DNA of 64,000 nucleotides from a virus: IMG/VR virus record IMGVR_UViG_3300036785_000488, positions 1-64,000 of that record; one strand, given 5' to 3'. This document shows, piece by piece, positions 39,444-47,597 of the stretch (within the stretch, counting starts at the first letter, position 1; each line of letters opens with the position of its first letter). The translations under genes and the position numbers were made by a program. Under the pieces are notes generated by a model. The model had not been told where the DNA came from and ran no database searches. It was given only the letters and a program-made list of their open reading frames with translations.

Positions 39444-40346
39444 GTGGCTCACAAGTGTGAGATCCCTCATCATCCGAACCTCGTCAGTTTTCTGTGTAGC
39501 TGCGGACAGCATTTTGTGCGTGATGACACCGGAGCGATGGTCAAAGAAAGCAGGAAGACAGCAGTGGCGACTGAAGCCGTAGAGAAGGTCTGGGACAAAA
39601 TTCAGCCGGATCATCGAAGCGGGAGCATTCCCGTCTACAACGGAAGTGAGTGGAGGGTTTTCCGGAACACTCAGACGATCTATGCCGGTGCCGAGACTGC
39701 CATCGACCCGGCTAAGGCCGATGTACTACGTCAGAACGTCGTAGACCTCCTCGGTCATTACCCCAAGACCGTTCAACAGCTAGAAAAACTGGGGGTCCGA
39801 GTCCGATCACTCCTGAACCACCGCATCGAGAGCTGCGACGATGTCGTTGCCTGGGGCGAGTCATTCTTCAACTACGGGCCTCCTGGCATTCGACCGGCAC
39901 ACGCCCAGGACACCATGGACCTGGCGTACGACGACATCATCATCGAGGTCAAGAGAGGCAGAGATCCCTTCTACGTAGTGCCTGCAACTACGAGAGGAAC
40001 TGGAGTCTCAGAGACGGTCGACTTCTCCTGGCCGGGGGCGAAGAGACGGTACGGCTCTCGTCACCCCTTCACAGAGCGGGCCTTCTCCATCCAAGAGCCG
40101 AAGGCACCCAAGCCACCCCGGTACCGGGGCAAGACGGCAGAAGGCGAACCACAACGTCCTCGTGGGCGTCCGCGCAAGGACGGACTGGCAGCCGGATCCA
40201 AAGAGGCCAGAGCTGCCGACCGCAAGAAGGAGCGCGAGCGTCAGGCCAAGCGCAAGACACGTCAGGCCAAGAAGGAGGCGACCATCACCGAGTTGCCCCG
40301 GCGGCGGCTCGTGCGGATCAGGGACGAGCGCAAAGAGGCGTGGTGA
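39444..40346 (+). CDS. Protein with AT-hook and basic C-terminus
   Basis: RPRGRPRKDG; N-terminal C/H cluster. Confidence 0.7.
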   Translation: MAHKCEIPHHPNLVSFLCSCGQHFVRDDTGAMVKESRKTAVATEAVEKVWDKIQPDHRSGSIPVYNGSEWRVFRNTQTIYAGAETAIDPAKADVLRQNVVDLLGHYPKTVQQLEKLGVRVRSLLNHRIESCDDVVAWGESFFNYGPPGIRPAHAQDTMDLAYDDIIIEVKRGRDPFYVVPATTRGTGVSETVDFSWPGAKRRYGSRHPFTERAFSIQEPKAPKPPRYRGKTAEGEPQRPRGRPRKDGLAAGSKEARAADRKKERERQAKRKTRQAKKEATITELPRRRLVRIRDERKEAW

Positions 40347-40595
40347 GTGGCCTCAGCTCTGAAGACCTGGCGGCAGTCCAGACGTGAAGCTCAGTTCTGG
40401 CAGAAGGCTCAGGCGAGATCGGTCAGCCTGGCGAAGGGCGAGGTGGTCAACAGCATCGACCTCACTCTCATGTCTGCCGGTCAAGCGATCAGCCGGTACC
40501 GAACACTGGTCGATCCAGAGATGAAGACCGACCAGCTCTTTGAGCTGAGAATGCAGCTAGAGGCAGCTCTCGGAATGCTCGACAATCTTCTCTGA
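40347..40595 (+). CDS. Hypothetical protein
   Basis: Adjacent to the upstream stop. Confidence 0.6.
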   Translation: MASALKTWRQSRREAQFWQKAQARSVSLAKGEVVNSIDLTLMSAGQAISRYRTLVDPEMKTDQLFELRMQLEAALGMLDNLL

Positions 40596-40776
40596 CTGCT
40601 GCCTACCCCAGCTCTGGGCGTGCAGCACAGCTCGACGCTTAGCGACGTCCTCGGTCTCGTAGGGCTTGGCGAGGATGCCGCACACCGTGCAGCGTGCGAC
40701 CCAGCGAGGGCCTGACTCCTTATTCACCAGGCGGGCGCGCTGAACAGAGCAAGCGTGCGGTACTACCTCAGTCACC

Positions 40777-41115
40777 TCAGACACCTTGCTCATCTTCGAC
40801 CACTCCCTCGATGCCGGAGAAACACTCCTGGCACAGCGAGGTGGGCGTGTCACCCAGCGTCACCGCACGAGCGACGGGGCGCTTGTGGCAGTTGTCACAG
40901 AGCTGCTGTTCCTTCGGGGTCACTCTGATGCTCCACACCAGTTCGATACCGCTCCCTTTGGACACAGGTCTCATGTCCCAGTCGACGTTGACGAGGCCAG
41001 CAGCCTCCAATGCCTCGATGGGTCGACGGGCGATTCCGTTGTACTTGCGTCCCTTGGAGCCTGCTTCAGTCACCTGCTCCAAGATCCGCTTCTGTGCTGT
41101 GGTCAATGTAGCCAT
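40777..41115 (-). CDS. wHTH-like plus Zn-finger small protein, leaderless MAT start
   Basis: Promoter CTGACT-21-TATAAT at 41122-41154. Confidence 0.7.
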   Translation of the reverse strand: MATLTTAQKRILEQVTEAGSKGRKYNGIARRPIEALEAAGLVNVDWDMRPVSKGSGIELVWSIRVTPKEQQLCDNCHKRPVARAVTLGDTPTSLCQECFSGIEGVVEDEQGV

Positions 41116-41217
41116 GGAGTAATTATACACCCTCCACAGAGCAATGCAAGTCAGGTCGAAGGAAAATGTGTGACATAGGTGACTGGCATTCTGCTGTGCA
41201 TGGTGTATACTCTTCCC

Positions 41218-42675
41218 ATGGCTACCAACCCAACCAGCTCGACCACCGGCCAGCCGTGGATCGAGATCGACATCAAGGGCTTCGCCCAGATCCTTCGCAA
41301 CAAAGGGATCGCACGCATCGCCCTGGAACCCATCAGCAATGCCTTCGACACCGAGGCAACCGAGATCAACGTGACCTTCTCCCAGCGGGATGGCAAGGCG
41401 TTGCTCATCGTCATCGATGACGACCCGAACGGCTTCGCTGACCTGCGCGACGCTTACATGCTGTTCGCCCCGTCAAACCGACGGGAGGACCCCAGCAAGC
41501 GCGGTCGCTTCGGTCAAGGCGAGAAGGAACTGATTGCCGTCTGCTTCGACGGCGGTCACGTCCACGTGATCTCCACCACCGGAGCAATCCACTTCGACCA
41601 AACCGGTCGAAGCAAGTCGAACAAGAAGACGAAGACCGGTACCGAACTCGCCGCCGGGTTCAAGTGCAACAAGACCCAGGCGGCTGAGTTCGAGTCGCTG
41701 GTCCGCTCGCTGATCGTCCCCGACGGGGTGAAGCTCACCTTCAACGGCGAGGTGATCGAGCAGCCGACGCCGGTCAAGATCGTCCGCGAGACCCTGCCCA
41801 CCAAGATCGTGGACGACGAGGGGAACCTGGCCGACACCCGGCGGCTCACCTTCGTTGAGCTGTACGAGCCAGCCTCCGGTGAGGCTGCCTTCATCTACGA
41901 ACTGGGCGTGCCTGTGGTCGAGCACGACGGGCGCTGGCACATCAATGTCATGCAGAAGGTGCCGCTCAACACGGCCCGTGACAACGTGACTCCCAGCTAC
42001 CTCAGGAGACTCCGGGAGATCATGCTGAACGAGACGCACGACCTCCTCACCTCTGTCGACATGAAGTCGGCCTGGGTGACCGAGGCTCTGCCTGGGGCGA
42101 ACGAGGAGGCTCTCACGAACGTGGTCACCTCCATCCACGGCAAGAACGCCGTCATCGCAGACCCGTCCAACCCCGAGGCGACCAAGCGTGCCATCGATCA
42201 AGGTCGCACCATCATCCAGGGCAGGCAGTTCACCACCGACACCTGGAGCCGGATCCGCGAGCACAGCATCTTCAAGCCCGCCGGTCAGGTCATCGAGACC
42301 GGGATCCCGTCGTCACCAGGCGGCGTGCCGCCAATGTCCAGAGACAAGTGGACTCCTGAGATGAAGCACTTGGAGAGCTACGTCCACAAACTGGGCAACC
42401 ATCTTCTCGGGTTCCCAACTACCGTCGAGTTCATGAACGTGCCCGTCCAGGGGGCGAGGCGGGCTGCAGCCTGGTGGGGCGTCGGGACGATCACGTTCAA
42501 CCTGTGCCGCCTGGGCAAGAACTGGCCTGCCACTGCCTCCCAGGAGAAGGTCGACGCTCTGGTGATCCATGAGTTCAGCCACCACACCGACGAGGATCAC
42601 TTCTCGGACGGGTTCATCCACAAGCTGGCCGAACTCGGGGCGAAGCTACGGTCATGCAAAGCGAGGTTGCGCTGA
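41218..42675 (+). CDS. GHKL (HATPase_c) ATPase with C-terminal HExxH
   Basis: EPISNAFD, DDDPNGF, GRFGQGEK, TGT; IHEFSHH. Confidence 0.85.
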   Translation: MATNPTSSTTGQPWIEIDIKGFAQILRNKGIARIALEPISNAFDTEATEINVTFSQRDGKALLIVIDDDPNGFADLRDAYMLFAPSNRREDPSKRGRFGQGEKELIAVCFDGGHVHVISTTGAIHFDQTGRSKSNKKTKTGTELAAGFKCNKTQAAEFESLVRSLIVPDGVKLTFNGEVIEQPTPVKIVRETLPTKIVDDEGNLADTRRLTFVELYEPASGEAAFIYELGVPVVEHDGRWHINVMQKVPLNTARDNVTPSYLRRLREIMLNETHDLLTSVDMKSAWVTEALPGANEEALTNVVTSIHGKNAVIADPSNPEATKRAIDQGRTIIQGRQFTTDTWSRIREHSIFKPAGQVIETGIPSSPGGVPPMSRDKWTPEMKHLESYVHKLGNHLLGFPTTVEFMNVPVQGARRAAAWWGVGTITFNLCRLGKNWPATASQEKVDALVIHEFSHHTDEDHFSDGFIHKLAELGAKLRSCKARLR

Positions 42676-43085
42676 TGAGTACCAAGAAGATTGACGAACT
42701 GAGAGAGGTTCTCAACGCTGCCTGCGACGTCGTGACGGCCCCAACCATTGCGGCGTACAAAGCAGGCAGTTACGAGAAGCGTGTGCCACGGCCCCGCATG
42801 AAGCGGCTCATTAAGGCACTCATCAACTCCGGTGCGTTCACCGAGGAGTACCAACAGACACTGATCCAACGCTTGCGTGCGGTCGAGGCAGCCGAGCAGC
42901 GCAGCAGAGAGTGGGCTGAGGGTGAGGAAGAGCGAGTACAACAGCGCAGAGCCGCAGTCGATGCACAGCGCCACCCGTTCACTGCGAAAGAGGGTCCTGG
43001 GTACATGCTCTGCACTGTCTGCAACTCCACGATAAGCAGCACCCTCCATTACGACCGGCAAGGGAACCTGCTGACCAATGACTGA
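42675..43085 (+). CDS. Hypothetical protein with C-terminal Zn knuckle
   Basis: TGATG overlap; HPF...CTVC...H. Confidence 0.6.
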   Translation: MSTKKIDELREVLNAACDVVTAPTIAAYKAGSYEKRVPRPRMKRLIKALINSGAFTEEYQQTLIQRLRAVEAAEQRSREWAEGEEERVQQRRAAVDAQRHPFTAKEGPGYMLCTVCNSTISSTLHYDRQGNLLTND

Positions 43086-43938
43086 AGAGCTGACCGAGAC
43101 AGACCTGGACCTCATGGCCCGGATGCACTGCACGATCCCGCCCAAGAAGGCGGGACGGCTGGAGCTGGTGAAGTTCACCATCACCGACGAACCCGACCCC
43201 GCCGCTGAGTTGCACTACGGCGTCCGGTCAGCCACACCGGGTGAGTACACCAAGCTCCAAGAGCGCGTCTCCGGTAAACCCCTAGAGGGCACGCTGTGGA
43301 TGAGCGACACGCCTGCCGAGCTGAAGGACCACCTGCCGGTGGCCCGGAAGATCGCAGACCCGAACTGCAAGCGTGTGCTGATCATGGGACTGGGTCTCGG
43401 CTGCATCATCAAACTGGCGGCGAGCTTCGACCATGTCGAGGACATCTACGTGGTCGAGCAGGACTCCAGGGTGATCAAGCTCGTCGGGCGTTGGTTCGAC
43501 AAGGAGTACGCCGGTCGCGTGCACGTCATCGAGGGCGATGCGTACGAGCAGCCCGTCGGTCCCCGTGAACACTGGGACGTGGTCTGGCACGACATCTGGC
43601 CGGACATGGGCGAAGACAACCTGGCCCCCATGCACTTCCTCCACCAGAGGTACCGGGACCACTGCACCTGGCAGGGACTGTGGGCCTTGGAGTTCTGCAT
43701 GATGCAGCAGGACGTGACGCGCGAGCTGGTGCAGCGCGTCGAGAGAGTGGACGGCAAGAAGATCGACGTCACGCACACCCTGTGGAAGGAGTACAACGAG
43801 TTCCTCGACCTGGAACCGCACTACAAGTACTTCGCGCAGCAGGGTTACGTCGCTGCCTCTCGTCACGGACACAACACAGTCCTGGATGAGCTGGACGGCA
43901 AAATCCCGAAGAACAAGACGATTTTCGGGGTGCTATAA
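43078..43938 (+). CDS. Spermidine-synthase-like SAM-dependent transferase
   Basis: WMSDT, VLIMGLGLG, VVEQD, IEGDA, WDVVWHDIW. Confidence 0.8.
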   Translation: MTEELTETDLDLMARMHCTIPPKKAGRLELVKFTITDEPDPAAELHYGVRSATPGEYTKLQERVSGKPLEGTLWMSDTPAELKDHLPVARKIADPNCKRVLIMGLGLGCIIKLAASFDHVEDIYVVEQDSRVIKLVGRWFDKEYAGRVHVIEGDAYEQPVGPREHWDVVWHDIWPDMGEDNLAPMHFLHQRYRDHCTWQGLWALEFCMMQQDVTRELVQRVERVDGKKIDVTHTLWKEYNEFLDLEPHYKYFAQQGYVAASRHGHNTVLDELDGKIPKNKTIFGVL

Positions 43939-44284
43939 ACCAGCGCGAGCACCAGGAGATGGAGCGCCTGATGGCAGAGGAGGAGCAGGCCCAGCAATGA
44001 GGGGGTTCTGGGGCATGCACTGCTTCAACGGACTCAGCCCTGCCCAGCAGGTGAGGCTGATCGGCTGGGGCAACCTGCCCCTGGGCTTCCAGCCCGAGGG
44101 GAAGTGCCAGGAGCCAGCGGCGGTCGCCATCGAGACCGAGGCCGACGCTGCTCCTGGTCCCCGGTTCTACTGCTGGGACTGTGCCCTGCTACCTGGGAGA
44201 ACTCCGGGATGGAGTTGATCAGTTACCGCAGATTTCTCCTCGTCCTGACGTGTCACACACCTGAGTTCCCGCTATACTGATGTC

Positions 44285-44788
44285 ATGGCTACTTACAACG
44301 AACCTCAACTAGATGCGGCAGGGCCACCACCCCTCGACGCAGCTCCCCCACCCGAGGCGGATCCCTTTGAGGATCTGCGGATCGCATCCCAGAACTACTG
44401 GGCTGGGCGCACAGGGCGGGAACGTCCTCCGGCACCCACGTTTCGCCTGGTAGGGGACAAAAAGCTCCTGGGCCGGTACATGGATCCCTACGGCTGCCAG
44501 GCCCACATGCAGGCACGGCGGCAGCTCTGGGAGAAGTGGTACACCGGCTTCTTCATCTCCTGTGGGGTGACCCTGATCTTTGCCGAGGTCGACTGGGTGC
44601 TGATCTTTCTCGCACTCCCGGCCTATGCCATCTGGTACTTCTCGGTCAAGGCGAAGCACCGCAGGCAGTATGACCTGTACTACGGAGTGCAGGAAAAGAT
44701 CCTCACCACCGGGGAACCAGAGTGGGTCCCCTACGACAAGGAGCGGCTCAAACTGCTCGACCGCAATCCCATGGCAGTCTGGCCGTGA
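44285..44788 (+). CDS. Membrane protein, leaderless MAT start
   Basis: Promoter CTGACG-22-TATACT at 44245-44278; two TM helices. Confidence 0.7.
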   Translation: MATYNEPQLDAAGPPPLDAAPPPEADPFEDLRIASQNYWAGRTGRERPPAPTFRLVGDKKLLGRYMDPYGCQAHMQARRQLWEKWYTGFFISCGVTLIFAEVDWVLIFLALPAYAIWYFSVKAKHRRQYDLYYGVQEKILTTGEPEWVPYDKERLKLLDRNPMAVWP

Positions 44789-44814
44789 CACCGACGACAA
44801 ACAGAAAGGAACCC

Positions 44815-45322
44815 GTGGCCCCCAAGACCCTGACCACCAAGACCCTGAAGAGGGTGAAGCTAGACGACAACCGAGAGGTCAGGATCTCCCGGATTCCGAC
44901 CGGCTTCGGTGAGCATCTGATCCGCGTGGGCATCAACACCCTGCCCGACGGCGACAACATGAGCGGCGCTGTCTTCCCTGAGAGCAAGCTGAATGACGTG
45001 ATCACCGCCCTCCAGGGGGCCAGGAATGCCTGACGACGACGAGCTGATGGAGATGCGGTGCCGCACGTGCGGCATCCTCCTGGGCGTCCGCAAGCGTCAG
45101 GGACCCTTCGTCTTCTGGTGCTCCGACGAGTGCGCCGACACGGTCAACGCCAAGTCCGAGCGGGACCAGGTGAGGGACGAAGTCGCCGTCGAGCTGTACC
45201 TGGGCGGCGTCGGCATCATGGAGGTCGCCCGGTTCACCGAGACCCCGTACACCAGGATCCAGCAGCTCCTGTACCGGCGGAACATCCCCCTGGTCCGACC
45301 GGCCAGGAAGGTGCCTGCCTGA
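44815..45322 (+). CDS. Two small genes (44815-45033 possible PC4-like ssDNA binder; 45026-45322 Zn plus HTH)
   Basis: RBS GAAAGGAA; CRTCG...WCSDEC followed by an HTH-like helix pair. Confidence 0.55.
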
Positions 45323-46040
45323 GCGGTACCCTGGGGCTGCAGACGGCCCCCAACGTCCACACCTTTCTCACACTGGGTTCACATAGTGGACGGGGACCAC
45401 ACTGTTGCGATGGGGCCGTCTGCCACCATCCTCAAGATCTCCTGGGTTATCCTGGGACCTCATCCTCCTCTCGGCTTGGTAACCCGGTTGGAGCGCAGTA
45501 GCCATGTGATCGAGGCCCCCCTTCGTGGGGGGCCTCGACGCGTCCAGTGGCATACATGGTGATGTGCTGGTGGCCGAGCCGCTGGTGGGTGTCGACGTCG
45601 CAGCTCCAGGTGATGCCCCGACCCTGGAACCACGAGACCGCCCAGGCGACGGCCCGATACGGCGTGCGCTCATAGTGGATGGTCTTGGGGAACGCATCGT
45701 CCCCGATGTAGAGGTCGACGGGGACCCAGCCCCCGTGGGCGTCTGCGAGGCCCCAGTCGACCCGCAGTCTGAATGGTGGTAGTGGTTCCATACCTCATAT
45801 AAGGACGACACCATCCCGATGTGTCAAAAATAATTCGGGTATTGTGGCGACGTTCACGGTCCCGGCGTCAGTCACGATGACAAGCCCGTTGGCGGTTAAT
45901 GACCGGGGGAAACCGCTCCCGTAATCGGTCGCGGAAACTACGCCCGCAGGGGACCGGGCAAGAGCCGGTCAAGTCCCCGAGCTACATTTTTCTCCTCGCC
46001 CTGACATGCGGCATGGCCCCAAGGCCGGTACAATGGGGCC

Positions 46041-46973
46041 ATGCCACGAGCCAAGACCTACACCACCGGGGGGTGGATCGACCACTGGCTGGCCCAGGTC
46101 AAGCGGAAGGTCGAGCTGTCCACGCACACCGACTACACCCGATGGACGAGGCTCTACGTCAAGCCCACGGTGGGGGCGATCCCGCTCGATACCCTCGACG
46201 CCGACGACGTGGACGACATGATGAACGACTTGGCTGAGCGGGGCCTGTCCCCGTCCACGGTGCGCCTGGCCCGCACCCTGCTGATCTCAGCCCTCGACGC
46301 CGCCGTCAAGCGGAAGAAGATCCCGTCCAACGAGGCCCGCCTGACCGACCTGCCCAAAAAGACCAAGGCCCGGATCAACGACCGGCTCGACGCGGAGCAG
46401 GCCAAGGCCGTGCTCGATGCCCTCTCAGAGGACCGGCTCTCTGCCCTCGCCGTCGTCGCCCTCTCCCTGGGGGTGCGTCCCGGCGAGCTGTTCGCTCTCA
46501 AGTGGAGCGCCGTCGACCTGGAGGCCAAGACGATCCGGATCCAGGCCGGTCTCAAACGGAACGCCGACGGGTGGTATCTCAAAGGCCCGAAGACCGATGC
46601 GGGCAAGCGCACGCTGCCACTCCCCGAGTTCGTCGTCACCGCTCTCCAGGCCCACCAGGACCAGATGATCGCTGAAGATCTGCATGGCCCAGACAGCTTC
46701 GTCTTCTGTGACACAGCCGGGGAGCCGCTCAAGGCCCGTGACGTCCTCACCTGGTGGCACAAGGCCACGCTACGAGCTGGCGTGGGGCGGCGACGGTTCT
46801 ACTGCTCCCGGCACACTGCGGCCACGCTCATGCTGAACAACGGGGTCGCCCTGGAGGTGGTCTCCAAGATCCTGGGGCACTCCGGCTATGCCATCACCTC
46901 GGACGTGTACGCCGAGGTCCAAGAGGAGCTGCAGCGCGACGCCGCCGACGTCATGGACGGTGTCCTGGGGTAA
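46041..46973 (+). CDS. int: Tyrosine recombinase/integrase
   Basis: GVRPGE, PKT, YCSRHTAAT, LGHS...DVY; SAM-like core-binding domain; promoter CTGACA-22-TACAAT at 46001-46034. Confidence 0.92.
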   Translation: MPRAKTYTTGGWIDHWLAQVKRKVELSTHTDYTRWTRLYVKPTVGAIPLDTLDADDVDDMMNDLAERGLSPSTVRLARTLLISALDAAVKRKKIPSNEARLTDLPKKTKARINDRLDAEQAKAVLDALSEDRLSALAVVALSLGVRPGELFALKWSAVDLEAKTIRIQAGLKRNADGWYLKGPKTDAGKRTLPLPEFVVTALQAHQDQMIAEDLHGPDSFVFCDTAGEPLKARDVLTWWHKATLRAGVGRRRFYCSRHTAATLMLNNGVALEVVSKILGHSGYAITSDVYAEVQEELQRDAADVMDGVLG

Positions 46974-47000
46974 GGGGCCGGGGCCGGTAAGACTCAAGGT

Positions 47001-47597
47001 GTGCCCCAGGACAAGTACAACCCCTACGAGTTGCCCGCCGACACGCTGGCCTACCTAAGCATCACCAAGATCAGCCCCCAGATAGTGGACGAAACCGTTG
47101 TGCTACCCGACCTCACCCAGGCTGTCGCCATAGAGCACATCCAACAGGCTGTCGCCTGGCATGCCTCTCTAGGTACGACCGTGGTGGACCCACGACTTGG
47201 TCCTCCTGGCAGTCCCATGTTCACCAGCTTCGACCCGCTGTTCAGTGACGGGCTGGCCGACACCTCGCTCTGGATCTACGGGAACGGTCTCACTGCGCCC
47301 TACCCAGCCGCTCCCTTCGTATTAGAGACAGCAGAATGTGCGCCGGGGTTCAGCGCAGGGAGGGGCGGCGGGACCATCAACATCACGGGTACCGATTTTC
47401 TGGATCCCAACACGCCAGTGAGTGTCTTCATCATCAATGATGAGTATTTCTACAACCTCGTCGGCTCAACGATCACCGACACGACGTGTGCCTTGGTAAT
47501 CGCGCCTCCTATTCCTGTCGGAGAAACCACGATTAGAGGACAAGACGGCCCCGGCGTGTGGTCCTCCAACGCGATCCCACTGGTGATCCCGCAATGA
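47001..47597 (+). CDS. Virion-accessory protein: PYELP module plus Ig-like domain
   Basis: YNPYELP...; GGGTINITGTDF (IPT/TIG-like). Confidence 0.7.
   Translation: MPQDKYNPYELPADTLAYLSITKISPQIVDETVVLPDLTQAVAIEHIQQAVAWHASLGTTVVDPRLGPPGSPMFTSFDPLFSDGLADTSLWIYGNGLTAPYPAAPFVLETAECAPGFSAGRGGGTINITGTDFLDPNTPVSVFIINDEYFYNLVGSTITDTTCALVIAPPIPVGETTIRGQDGPGVWSSNAIPLVIPQ

Noticed and set aside
45874-45905. Twister ribozyme (ACAAGCCCG...UUAAUG)
   Set aside because: Only the loop-4-like string matches; I could not place the P2 and pseudoknot partners.
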